Shown here one piece after another: positions 17,189 to 26,398 of a stretch of 31,472 nucleotides of DNA; position 1 is the stretch's first letter; each line of letters starts with the position of its first letter. The notes under the pieces are model-generated. The model was given only the letters and a program-made list of their open reading frames with translations, searched no databases and was not told where the DNA came from. The stretch comes from a virus (Duplodnaviria > Caudoviricetes), in the IMG/VR virus record IMGVR_UViG_3300047561_000293, positions 1 to 31,472 of that record, one strand, 5' to 3'. The position numbers were made by a program, and so were the translations under genes.

Positions 17189-19641
17189 GTCCAGAAGAAT
17201 GGCTCGCATCACAGACTAGGCAGGCCACTCCTGCGACTGCTGCGACTCCAGCTCCATCACCGGCTGCTGCACCAATGTCGCCTGAGCAATGGGCGGCATC
17301 ACAGCCAAAACCGATGGGATTTTTTGAGGGCTTAGTTGAGACTGTGACTGGCCGAGCTCGCGCAACTCCTGAAACTCAGCGCTTGCCTGAGTGGACAACC
17401 ATGCCAGAACTTAATCAGATGAGCGTGGCATCTTTCAAAACTGCTCTTGGATCGCTGCTCAGTAATCCTAAGGAGACGGTGCAGATTCTGCAGTCCAACT
17501 TCCCTGGAACGCAAGTGCGTCAAGACGAGAAGGGTAACTACATCCTTAGATCGTCCGTCAACCAGCAGGAATACGCTATCCCGCCAGGTTTCACAATGGG
17601 CGATGTTCCTCGTGCAATTGGAGGCATTGCAGCATTCACGCCAGCAGGCCGAGCTGCGACTATTCCTGGCGCAGTTATTGGCGCTGGTGCAACCCAGGCG
17701 GCAATCGAGGCGACTCAGGCCGCCACTGGCGGTCAAGTCAGTCCACAAGAGATTGCCTTGGCGGCAGCCACAGGCCCAGCAGGACAGATTCTTCAGCGAG
17801 TGGCACCTCCGGTTACCGCAGCCGTGCGCAGAAGCGTACAGCGCGTTACAGGCCGCGCACCGGTCACTGCTCCAGCTCCTGGCGCTCCTGGTGCATCTAT
17901 GGGCACCGCAATGGCTCCAGAGGCACCTTCTCCAGCAAGGCGCGTTGAGCCAAGATTTTTTGAAGAACCTCCCATCGCGGGAGCAACGCCTGAAGCACCT
18001 TCTATGGCTGCAGCAATGCCAGAGGTGCAACCTTCAGCGGCAGCGCCTGCAGCGGCCCCAGCCCTGGCTGCAGAGGCCGCAGAAGTTGGCGTCACTGACG
18101 TTCTAAACTTGGCACGCAAGGCCGGAGGATTTGGGCCTGGATCATCAGCGGCAAAGGCCCAACTTATTGATCTTGCGCAGATCAACCCAGAGGCTCGCGC
18201 AGCAGCCGAGCGCCTGAATATGGATCTGCCATTCGATGTGTTCAGCGACAATCCGCAGGTTCGCAGTGCTGTGGGTCTGACCCGTGCGCTGGTCGCAGGA
18301 GAAGCAGAGGCGGCATGGGAAAGCACCGTCCGCAATGCCATCCAGCGTGCCGACGAAGTGTCTCAGCAGTTTGATGCGAATTTCATCGCTGGCAGACCAG
18401 CTCCTGGGGCTATCTCTCAGAAGATTGCGGACAACTTGCAGCAAGCTAGGCAGACGCTGAAAACTGACGCCAAGGCAATCTACGATCGGATCGACGAGGT
18501 TGTTCCGAAGAATGCACCAGTTAACCTAAACAACCTGCAAACGTATCTCGACGAATTGCGTACCAATCTGGGTGCTGCAGGTCGAATGACGCCCCAGGAA
18601 TATAATCTGGCCAAGATGCTAGAAAAAGGCGAACTAACCTATTTCGGCCTCAAGCGCGAAAAGGACTTGGTAGGACAAGCCGTTGGTGGTCTAAAGTCAC
18701 CATACGACAACATGGCAGCCGGTGACCTCAAACGCCTATATGCAGCACTGGCTCAAGATCAACTGGACAATGTGGCAACGCTGGCAGGCGAAGAGGCTCG
18801 GCGCGAACTGCGTGCAGCCAACTTGCTGACCGCAAAGCAAAAGGCACTAGAGAAGCGTATCGTCGGCGCATTCGGCCAGGAAATTGATGGAAGTGTGGCC
18901 CAACGTATGCAGACAGCCATTACAACGGCTGCAAAGGGCGATGCAGCGGCCTTTAATCGTCTGATGAAAGTAGTGCCAGATGACCTGCAAAAGGAGACGC
19001 TGGCAACTGCGCTGGCGTCTGTTACCGCAGGCAGGGCCGCTGGTCGTGCGGCAGCAGGAGCTGCTGAAACAGTGTTCAGTCCTTCTGAGTTCACCAAGGT
19101 TTATCGTGGACTTCGTGCCAACCCGCCTGTCTATTCACAGATGGTCAAGATCATGGGGCCAGAATGGGACCGTGCATCGCGTGATCTCTACGAGATTTCG
19201 AGGCGCATCGCAGACGCACAGGCTCGCATCCCGACAACAGGCAAGGCAAACCAGATTCTTGGCGATGCAGCGGTCCAGGGCTTGATGGGTCGAGTCATTT
19301 CCAGCAGTGTGGCACAACGTGCTGCCACTGGCGCGGCCAGCATGGTGCCTGGCGGTGGATTGATCGCCCCAGACATTGTGCAATGGATGTCATCAGCCAA
19401 GGGCGCTGGAGTGCAGCAGGCCGCCAAGCTCTTCGCCTCACCAGAGTTTCAAGAGCTGGCCGTGCAGGCTGCCACTAAGGGTGGTCAACCCAGCCAGGCG
19501 GCCATCCGTCGCACAGCGATGAGCAAGTCATTTGGTGATTTCGCAAAAGAAGCGAACCTGCCACAATCGCTTGACGCACGAGTCCAATTCTTGCAGAGCG
19601 CAATTCAGACAGGTCGACAATTAGATCAGGAGAATCAGTAA
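17185..19641 (+). CDS. Large DNA ejection protein (P22 gp16 position)
   Basis: About 818 aa, Ala-rich helical with Gly/Ala hydrophobic stretches; ATGA coupling at 17185; directly before the tailspike. Confidence 0.65.
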   Translation: MSPEEWLASQTRQATPATAATPAPSPAAAPMSPEQWAASQPKPMGFFEGLVETVTGRARATPETQRLPEWTTMPELNQMSVASFKTALGSLLSNPKETVQILQSNFPGTQVRQDEKGNYILRSSVNQQEYAIPPGFTMGDVPRAIGGIAAFTPAGRAATIPGAVIGAGATQAAIEATQAATGGQVSPQEIALAAATGPAGQILQRVAPPVTAAVRRSVQRVTGRAPVTAPAPGAPGASMGTAMAPEAPSPARRVEPRFFEEPPIAGATPEAPSMAAAMPEVQPSAAAPAAAPALAAEAAEVGVTDVLNLARKAGGFGPGSSAAKAQLIDLAQINPEARAAAERLNMDLPFDVFSDNPQVRSAVGLTRALVAGEAEAAWESTVRNAIQRADEVSQQFDANFIAGRPAPGAISQKIADNLQQARQTLKTDAKAIYDRIDEVVPKNAPVNLNNLQTYLDELRTNLGAAGRMTPQEYNLAKMLEKGELTYFGLKREKDLVGQAVGGLKSPYDNMAAGDLKRLYAALAQDQLDNVATLAGEEARRELRAANLLTAKQKALEKRIVGAFGQEIDGSVAQRMQTAITTAAKGDAAAFNRLMKVVPDDLQKETLATALASVTAGRAAGRAAAGAAETVFSPSEFTKVYRGLRANPPVYSQMVKIMGPEWDRASRDLYEISRRIADAQARIPTTGKANQILGDAAVQGLMGRVISSSVAQRAATGAASMVPGGGLIAPDIVQWMSSAKGAGVQQAAKLFASPEFQELAVQAATKGGQPSQAAIRRTAMSKSFGDFAKEANLPQSLDARVQFLQSAIQTGRQLDQENQ

Positions 19642-21501
19642 ATGGCACCGCTTTCGATTCAAGTCCCATTCCCGGTCTTTCAAGACCGTGACGGGCAGCC
19701 TTTGGAGAACGGTTATATCTGGATTGGCGAGCCAAATCTGAACCCTCAGACAAACCCTGTCGTGGCGTACTTTGACGCAGCTCTAACCATCCCAGCACCA
19801 CAGCCATTGCGTACGCTAAACGGCTATGTCTCACGCGCTGGCACACCGGCCCAGATTTACATTGATGGCGTGAACTTCAGCATTCTGGTGCAGGATAGCA
19901 AAGGCTCAATGGTCTATAACTTCCCAGACGGATCGGGCATCAGCCCAGACGCTTGCGGCGTGACCTATAACCCACCATTTACTGGTGCTGTCTCTTACCC
20001 TGTTTGTGAGAAGCTGGAGCAGACGGTCAGTGTCAAGGACTTTGGTGCTGTTGGTGATGGCGTGACAGATGACTACGATGCAATCAATGCAGCGTGGCTG
20101 TACTGCTACCCCATCGGGGCAAGTTTGTATTTTCCATCTGGCACCTACTTGGTCGTCACTGAGAACTTCCCATTCCGCAATACTCAGTTGCCAGTCACTT
20201 CACTGCTTGACTGCAATGACATGACAATTTACGGCGATGGGCCTAGTACGATTTTAAAAACTTCGTCGGTTCTTGGCGCCGATGTTTTGCAATTGAACGG
20301 GCTGCAAAACTTTCACGTTCGTGACATGATGATCCAATCGGTTGTCAGCGGATCGGATGCGGGCAGCAACGCCATTTCCATTACAGGTGGATTTGACAAC
20401 ATTACGATTTACAACGTGTGGATGAAAGATTTGGCCTATGTTGATAAAGTAACTTATGTTGATGGCGGCAAAGCGTTGTCAATACAGCCGCCAGGTTCAG
20501 GAGACCCTATTTTAATGGGTTCAATTAAAGCATCAAACATCATTGCTGACGGATGCGTATATGGTTTTGGATACGAACCGGACAACGTTTTAGCGTTGAC
20601 GCAGCCGGTAAACATTGACGTTGACATTAAAGTCATGAATTGTCGCCAAGGCATTGTGTTTTCGTCGGGCGCGGCAACAGCCGCATTGTCAACGCACAAA
20701 ACCAGCGGTATTCGCATTCGTGGTCAAAGCATAAACAATTGGCAAGATATTGTTTGTGCTCGGTGTTTTGGTATTGACGTTGATATGCAAATCATCACAA
20801 CCAAAACGCAATTGCAATTGCTGTTGTCTTACAACGGAACCCCGTGGTCAACCGCTGACGGAATTGCTGATTGCATTGCCTTAGTTTGTACTTATGCAAA
20901 AAACAGTCGTTTTGCCGTATATGGAAACAAGAAAAATTGCCGTCACAAAGCAAAAATTGGTGGCGCGTCGGAAGGTACAAGCGGATTTAATGGCGCAACC
21001 GAATGGACTGATTTTTACCTAGATATAACCGGCACTTCAGACGGCGTTGACGTTCAGTTCACTAATTTTGGTGGCAACATTATGAACAACAGCCGTTTGT
21101 ACGTTACAACGTCCACGGCCATCACATTGCCAATTGAGTTTTACGCGCCATCATTGGATAACACCATCACAATTGGCCCTGATTTGCGCCAGCAATCGTT
21201 GTCGGTAACAAATGAAGTTGCGTGGACTGAAACGGACGGAAGAACCGTTCGCCACAATATGTTTATTCAATCAGACCTTTTAACAACAAAACAAACGATT
21301 GGTTCAAGTGCTGATTTTTTAATTCAGCAATGGGTAAATCACGCGGGTGCGCGTAGATTTGGCATTCGAAATGATGGAGGAATTGCGTCAGGCTCTTTAG
21401 GAACGGCATCATCTGTTGTGACAGTCAAAGGCGTTTTGCCAATCTACGATCAAGACAATGTGTTTATTGGATATATTCCTATTTACACTTCTTACACATA
21501 A
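19642..21501 (+). CDS. Tailspike with head-binding N-terminal domain and beta-helix (pectate-lyase-like) receptor domain
   Basis: N-terminal DGQPLENGYIWIG...PQPLRT; linker EKLEQTVSVKDFGAVGDGVTDD; LYFPSGTY and IYGDGPSTIL. Confidence 0.85.
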   Translation: MAPLSIQVPFPVFQDRDGQPLENGYIWIGEPNLNPQTNPVVAYFDAALTIPAPQPLRTLNGYVSRAGTPAQIYIDGVNFSILVQDSKGSMVYNFPDGSGISPDACGVTYNPPFTGAVSYPVCEKLEQTVSVKDFGAVGDGVTDDYDAINAAWLYCYPIGASLYFPSGTYLVVTENFPFRNTQLPVTSLLDCNDMTIYGDGPSTILKTSSVLGADVLQLNGLQNFHVRDMMIQSVVSGSDAGSNAISITGGFDNITIYNVWMKDLAYVDKVTYVDGGKALSIQPPGSGDPILMGSIKASNIIADGCVYGFGYEPDNVLALTQPVNIDVDIKVMNCRQGIVFSSGAATAALSTHKTSGIRIRGQSINNWQDIVCARCFGIDVDMQIITTKTQLQLLLSYNGTPWSTADGIADCIALVCTYAKNSRFAVYGNKKNCRHKAKIGGASEGTSGFNGATEWTDFYLDITGTSDGVDVQFTNFGGNIMNNSRLYVTTSTAITLPIEFYAPSLDNTITIGPDLRQQSLSVTNEVAWTETDGRTVRHNMFIQSDLLTTKQTIGSSADFLIQQWVNHAGARRFGIRNDGGIASGSLGTASSVVTVKGVLPIYDQDNVFIGYIPIYTSYT

Positions 21502-21515
21502 ACGGAGAATTTAAA

Positions 21516-21773
21516 ATGGCTTTGAAAATAAACATGGTTTCGCCGCAAGGTTTTGACGTTCAAGACGCATATTTGCGCGTTGAATCAACCCAATTGCAGA
21601 AAAAAACCGCAATGCAATTTATCTTGCGAATGTATAAAGACGCGCAAACCGAGGTGGCTTTTGATTCCAGGCAATTTATTTGTGCTTACAACCTGGTTGG
21701 CGGCAATCCGTTCAACCAGGCTTACAACCATCTTAAAACGCTGCCTGAGTTTGCAGGCGCAAAGGACTGCTGA
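21516..21773 (+). CDS. Small tailspike-associated protein
   Basis: 85 aa ending QAYNHLKTLPEFAGAKDC; RBS ggaga; follows the tailspike. Confidence 0.65.
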   Translation: MALKINMVSPQGFDVQDAYLRVESTQLQKKTAMQFILRMYKDAQTEVAFDSRQFICAYNLVGGNPFNQAYNHLKTLPEFAGAKDC

Positions 21774-21775
21774 TC

Positions 21776-23008
21776 ATGTTAAAAACAGTTTCATCCATAA
21801 CCAACGCCATCGGTGCGCTGAACTTCAAAGGCACATGGGATGCCAATGCCAACAGCCCTGTGCTGACTTCCAGCGTGGGCACAAAGGGCGACTATTACGT
21901 TGTCGGAACAGCAGGCTCGACCAACCTAAACGGCATTAGCAACTGGGGTGTGGGTGATTTGGCAACCTTCAACGGCTCTGTTTGGCAGCGGGTCGAGGGC
22001 GGCGCTGACTTGAATGGCGTGAATCTGTCTGTCTCAGGCACAAGCACCCTGTCCAACTTGACCGCATCGACTGCGCTGGCACTGAACGCAAGCAAAGAGA
22101 TCGTCAGCGTGACCAACACTGGCACAGGCAATAACGTGCTCGCTACTTCATCAACACTGACTACACCAAATATTGGCGCAGCTACTGGTTCACAATTAGA
22201 CATTGACAACATTCGCATTGATGGCAACACACTCAGCAGCACAGATACCAACGGCGACATTAATTTGACGCCAAATGGAACTGGTACTACTCGTACAGGA
22301 AATGGTGTCACGATTGGCTCTGGTTCAGCGTATGCAAGATTGGGGCTTCAATCAAGTGCTGCGGGTGGTTTTGATGTTAATTTTTCGACAGGGTCAACCA
22401 ATCGTTGGATTCTGAACAAAGCAGGAGCAGAAACTGGTAGCGATGCTGGCAGTGACTTGATCTTGTATCGCTATAACGATGCAGGCGGTTTTGGCGGCAC
22501 TGTCATGACTTTCACCCGTTCTTCCGGTAGCGTTGCAGTCATTGGAGCGCTGTCCAAAGGCTCTGGCTCATTCCGCATTGACCACCCACTGCCTGAAAAA
22601 GAAGCCACTCACCAACTGGTGCATTCGTTTATTGAAGGCCCACAAGTTGACTTGATTTATCGTGGCAAAGTTGCGTTGGTCAATGGCACAGCCCAGATCA
22701 ACATTGATGAGAAGTTCGGCATGACCGCTGGCACGTTTGTAGCTTTGTGCCGTGATACCCAATGCTTTACTACCAACGAGCAAGGCTGGCATCATGTGCG
22801 TGGCTCTGTGGCTGGCGCTGTGCTCACTATTGAATGCGAAGACGCAACTTGCACCGACACAGTCTCATGGATGGTCATTGGCGAGCGCCAAGACAAGCAC
22901 ATTATGGACACTGACTGGACAGACGAGAATGGCAAAGTAATTCTTGAGCCAATCAAACCTGCTGATCGCCCACCATACAATCCACCAATCATTGAAGAAG
23001 GAGTCTGA
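21776..23008 (+). CDS. Second tail fibre-like protein with probable C-terminal chaperone-like domain
   Basis: N-terminal FKGTWDA...GDYYVV..AG; Thr/Gly/Ser-rich shaft; C-terminal KGSGSFRIDHPL...LVHSFIEGP..DLIYRG. Confidence 0.7.
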   Translation: MLKTVSSITNAIGALNFKGTWDANANSPVLTSSVGTKGDYYVVGTAGSTNLNGISNWGVGDLATFNGSVWQRVEGGADLNGVNLSVSGTSTLSNLTASTALALNASKEIVSVTNTGTGNNVLATSSTLTTPNIGAATGSQLDIDNIRIDGNTLSSTDTNGDINLTPNGTGTTRTGNGVTIGSGSAYARLGLQSSAAGGFDVNFSTGSTNRWILNKAGAETGSDAGSDLILYRYNDAGGFGGTVMTFTRSSGSVAVIGALSKGSGSFRIDHPLPEKEATHQLVHSFIEGPQVDLIYRGKVALVNGTAQINIDEKFGMTAGTFVALCRDTQCFTTNEQGWHHVRGSVAGAVLTIECEDATCTDTVSWMVIGERQDKHIMDTDWTDENGKVILEPIKPADRPPYNPPIIEEGV

Positions 23009-23009
23009 C

Positions 23010-23366
23010 ATGGCCCAAAATAGTCAAATTGCATTTGCCCCACTTGGCAATACCGTTGTCATCCCTGCGGCGACTTCAGCCTCAACTGGTGTCCAGGCAC
23101 TCGTTGATGCACGTTTCGATGCCCAAAGCACAGGTCAGTATCGGATCATCAACTCAAGCACAAATACGGTGTTTTTGGGCGTTGGCCCAACGGCTTCAAT
23201 TGCTACTGCAAACGCTGTGGCTCCTGTCGCTGGCACACCATCGGCTGCCATCGTGCTGGTGCCTGGTGCTGTTGAGGTTTTGCGCTTTGGGCGTGAGTCG
23301 TTCTTCAGTGGCTTGGCCCCTGCTGGCGCATCCACCGTGTACATCGTCCAAGGTCAAGGTATTTAA
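23010..23366 (+). CDS. Hypothetical structural protein
   Basis: 118 aa, beta-rich; RBS aaggag before ATG 23010. Confidence 0.65.
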   Translation: MAQNSQIAFAPLGNTVVIPAATSASTGVQALVDARFDAQSTGQYRIINSSTNTVFLGVGPTASIATANAVAPVAGTPSAAIVLVPGAVEVLRFGRESFFSGLAPAGASTVYIVQGQGI

Positions 23367-23587
23367 TGTTGGAGACTGATGTCATGTCAGATATTGATCC
23401 CGTAAAATATGGTCAGTTAATCGCCAAGGTCGATTTGCTGGAAAAGCAGGTTGCCGATATGCAAGCCGACATAAAAAAACTATTGGAGCTTGCTAATCAG
23501 AGCAAGGGTGGCTTTTGGTTTGGGATGGCGGTCATCAGCGGCATCAGCACCGCTGCCGGCTGGATCATCAGCCACTGGTCAAAATGA
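23366..23587 (+). CDS. Small coiled-coil plus C-terminal transmembrane protein (lysis module accessory)
   Basis: Heptad region VDLLEKQVADMQADIKKLLELAN, then hydrophobic GGFWFGMAVISGISTAAGWII. Confidence 0.65.
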   Translation: MLETDVMSDIDPVKYGQLIAKVDLLEKQVADMQADIKKLLELANQSKGGFWFGMAVISGISTAAGWIISHWSK

Positions 23588-23985
23588 TCGGCTTAGAGGC
23601 GATCCTCGGGCTTGGTGGTGAGATCATCAAGCGGGTCTGGCCAGATCCAGCACAACAGGCCAGCGCTCAGCTCGAGCTGCTGAAACTGCAACAGTCTGGC
23701 GAGCTTGCCAAGATCGTCGGCCAGCTCGAGATCAACAAGGCTGAAGCAACATCAGGCAGCTTGTTTGTGGCCGGCTGGCGTCCGGCGATCGGATGGGTCT
23801 GTGCTACGGCACTTGCTTACCAATACGTTCTGCGACCAATTGGCTCCTACGTTGCCCGACTCAATGGGATTGAAGTTGGAGATATGCCGACGCTGGATGC
23901 AACGCTCTGGGAGCTGATGTTTGGGATGCTTGGACTTGGCGGTCTAAGAACCTTTGAGAAAGTGCAAGGGGTTGCGTCAAAATGA
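23584..23985 (+). CDS. Holin (3TM, GTA-holin/DUF3154-like)
   Basis: GQLEINKAEA, SLFVAGWRPAIGW and GMLGLGGLRTFEK; directly upstream of the endolysin. Confidence 0.8.
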   Translation: MIGLEAILGLGGEIIKRVWPDPAQQASAQLELLKLQQSGELAKIVGQLEINKAEATSGSLFVAGWRPAIGWVCATALAYQYVLRPIGSYVARLNGIEVGDMPTLDATLWELMFGMLGLGGLRTFEKVQGVASK

Positions 23986-24491
23986 AAGAGAATTTCAAGA
24001 AAGCGCTAGATCTGACGCTTGGCTTTGAAGGTGGCTACTGCAACCATCCATCAGACCCAGGTGGAATGACCAACCACGGCGTCACCAAGCGCGTCTGGGA
24101 GGACTGGACAGGCGAGAGTGCCGACGAGCAATGTATGCGCGATCTGGACGTTTCTGACGTGCTTCCGCTCTACCGGGGGCGCTACTGGAACAAGGTCTGG
24201 GGCGACGAGCTACCGGCTGGGTTGGACTATTGCGTCTTTGATTGCGCGGTCAACTCGGGGCCGAAACAGGCAATCGTATTCTTGCAGCGCAGCCTAGGCG
24301 TAGATGACGATGGCGTCATCGGTCCGGTTACCCTAGCCGCGGTTAAGCGCGAAAAGGCGGTTGATTTAATTGAAGATTACAGCGATATCAGGCTGAGATT
24401 TCTAGAGAAATTGAAGGCTTATGCTGTGTTTGGCAAGGGTTGGACACGTCGGGTCAACGCGGTTGAGGATTTTGCGAAAAAAAATATATAA
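23982..24491 (+). CDS. Endolysin, glycoside hydrolase family 108 with peptidoglycan-binding domain
   Basis: EGGY.NHPSDPGG.TN.GVT catalytic motif; FDCAVNSG, DGVIGPVT and FGKGWTRRV. Confidence 0.92.
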   Translation: MKENFKKALDLTLGFEGGYCNHPSDPGGMTNHGVTKRVWEDWTGESADEQCMRDLDVSDVLPLYRGRYWNKVWGDELPAGLDYCVFDCAVNSGPKQAIVFLQRSLGVDDDGVIGPVTLAAVKREKAVDLIEDYSDIRLRFLEKLKAYAVFGKGWTRRVNAVEDFAKKNI

Positions 24492-24564
24492 ATCAATACG
24501 TTTGCGCTAGACATTGCAACCCTTGCGTGATATTTAGCACCAACGAAACAAATGGTGCTAAAAA

Positions 24565-25551
24565 ATGGCTGGAAAAACCAAGATCTCCGACGAGGATTTT
24601 CTGGTTGCGTGGCAGAAATTCAAGAGCGCAACACAGGTTGCTAATTTCTTTGGGTTCACTGAGCGCTGGGCACACAACAACCGCCGGCGACTGGAAGCTA
24701 AGCTCAAGATCAAACTTGAAGCAACCGCAGTAAACGCTAAATCGTTTGAGCATTTGCAAACGCATCACCTGACAAAAGCACGTCACAACGCCGGTATAAC
24801 GGACGGCACGGTGATCGTATTCTCTGATGCACACTTCTGGCCAGGCTTGCGCACAACGGCGTTTAAGGGACTGCTGTGGGCGATCAGCCAGCTTAAACCT
24901 TATGCTGTGATCAACAACGGCGATGCCTTTGATGGCGCTTCAATCAGCAGATACCCTAGAATTGGGTGGACACAACAACCTAGTGTTAAGGAGGAGCTTA
25001 ACGCCTGCCAGGAGGCGCTGGCAGAGATTGAGGCGGTTGCCAAAGCAGCACGCCACAACGTCCAGCTCATTTGGCCACTTGGCAATCACGACTCTAGGTT
25101 TGAGAACTTCTTGGCTGCTAACGCGGGGGGATATGAGGGTGTTGCCGGCTTCTCACTGAAAGACCATTTCCAAGCGTGGCATCCGTGCTGGAGCTGCTGG
25201 TTGACAGATGAGGTGGTGGTCAAGCACCGATATAAAAATGGCATTCATGCGACGCACACGAACACGATGGGCAGCGGCATCAGCATCGTCACGGGACACT
25301 TGCACTCGCTCAAGGTCACGCCATTTACGGATTATCGCGGCAACCGTTATGGGGTCGACACCGGGACGCTGGCCGACATCGATGGCAAGCAATTTAACGA
25401 TTACTTGGAAGACAATCCTGTGAACTGGCGTTCCGGATTTTCCGTGCTTACATTCCGAGATTCCCGGCTGTTGCTGCCTGAACTGGCAATCAAGCACTCT
25501 GAGGGAATGCTTGATTTCCGTGGCGAACTAATCGACGTGTCTGCGCTCTAA
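24565..25551 (+). CDS. Calcineurin-like metallophosphoesterase with N-terminal HTH-like domain
   Basis: Motifs SDAH, NGDAFD, GNHD, VKH and GHLH. Confidence 0.85.
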   Translation: MAGKTKISDEDFLVAWQKFKSATQVANFFGFTERWAHNNRRRLEAKLKIKLEATAVNAKSFEHLQTHHLTKARHNAGITDGTVIVFSDAHFWPGLRTTAFKGLLWAISQLKPYAVINNGDAFDGASISRYPRIGWTQQPSVKEELNACQEALAEIEAVAKAARHNVQLIWPLGNHDSRFENFLAANAGGYEGVAGFSLKDHFQAWHPCWSCWLTDEVVVKHRYKNGIHATHTNTMGSGISIVTGHLHSLKVTPFTDYRGNRYGVDTGTLADIDGKQFNDYLEDNPVNWRSGFSVLTFRDSRLLLPELAIKHSEGMLDFRGELIDVSAL

Positions 25552-25736
25552 ATTCCTAAAACGTCATCCTTGACGGACCATTGCCGGACAAAAAAATACT
25601 CACCGTATTGGTGGCGCAGCTCCGGCGGGTAACCACGATCGTCTAACCAGTGCAGCATATTGTCGTGCAGCTCAGTGTCCCAAACCTTGGGAAACCCGTA
25701 ACGCCAACCCTCGGGTGGATCAACCCAGACTTTCAT
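25548..25736 (-). CDS. Hypothetical protein
   Basis: MKVWVDPPEGWRYGFPK...; RBS aaggag; last gene of the leftward operon. Confidence 0.7.
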   Translation of the reverse strand: MKVWVDPPEGWRYGFPKVWDTELHDNMLHWLDDRGYPPELRHQYGEYFFVRQWSVKDDVLGI

Positions 25737-26007
25737 CGAAATGCTCCTTTGTTTCTTTCATCAATTGCTGTTTCAAGCGCTTGTGAAATCCTTCTTCGGT
25801 ATCGTCACCGGACAAAAACCAGTCAAGGCGCTGCACCAAGGTGTAGCACATATTGAGCAATGAGATTGTCCCTTTCATCACTTCAATGGTTTCTGGGCTA
25901 TATTTTTCATCATAGGTATCGCGCTCATCCTCAAGGATTGCCTGTTCAATGTTGTCAGCAATTCGTTGCAGATAAAACTGCTGATACTCAAAATGTCCAC
26001 CGCTCAT
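25720..26007 (-). CDS. Hypothetical phage protein
   Basis: MSGGHFEY...LDWFLSGDD.EE; ATGA coupling to the upstream ORF. Confidence 0.7.
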   Translation of the reverse strand: MSGGHFEYQQFYLQRIADNIEQAILEDERDTYDEKYSPETIEVMKGTISLLNMCYTLVQRLDWFLSGDDTEEGFHKRLKQQLMKETKEHFDESLG

Positions 26008-26174
26008 CGGATCACCTTTTCAATTAAGTTACGTGCCAACGGTTGCTTGCCTAACAGCCAGCCCTGGATGCGCCCCATGTCCCAGGTCACGATCTTGAAC
26101 TGGTTGGGCTTCTGGTAGCCGGTGCTGATCTGGCTCTTGTCCCAGTCCTTGATAAATTTACCCTTGATTATCAT
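26004..26174 (-). CDS. Hypothetical protein, 56 aa (absent from the ORF track)
   Basis: Hand-translated MIIKGKFIKDWDKSQISTGYQKPNQFKIVTWDMGRIQGWLLGKQPLARNLIEKVIR; ATGA overlaps at both ends fill the gap exactly. Confidence 0.7.
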   Translation of the reverse strand: MIIKGKFIKDWDKSQISTGYQKPNQFKIVTWDMGRIQGWLLGKQPLARNLIEKVIR

Positions 26175-26398
26175 TTCTCTCCCCTTGCGAGGAAGGCTTT
26201 AAGCACATCATCGGTACAGCAAATCCCTTCGGCATCGCTGTTGTCTAGCACTATTAAGCGACACGCATCCCGCTCATGCGCGGCCACTAATGCGGCAAAG
26301 CGTTCAAGACCGTCAACATTGACAATCTCCCAAGTCCCGTAAAAGTACGGCATCCGCGCTTCTTTTGCCATGCGGATGATGTCGTCTCTGTCAATCAT
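26171..26398 (-). CDS. Hypothetical phage protein
   Basis: DRDDIIRMAKEA...LERFAALVAAHERDAC; coupled in the operon. Confidence 0.7.
   Translation of the reverse strand: MIDRDDIIRMAKEARMPYFYGTWEIVNVDGLERFAALVAAHERDACRLIVLDNSDAEGICCTDDVLKAFLARGEK

Noticed and set aside
19642-23008. Diversity-generating retroelement or invertible tail-fibre cassette
   Set aside because: No reverse transcriptase, invertase, template/variable repeat pair or flanking inverted repeats were seen.
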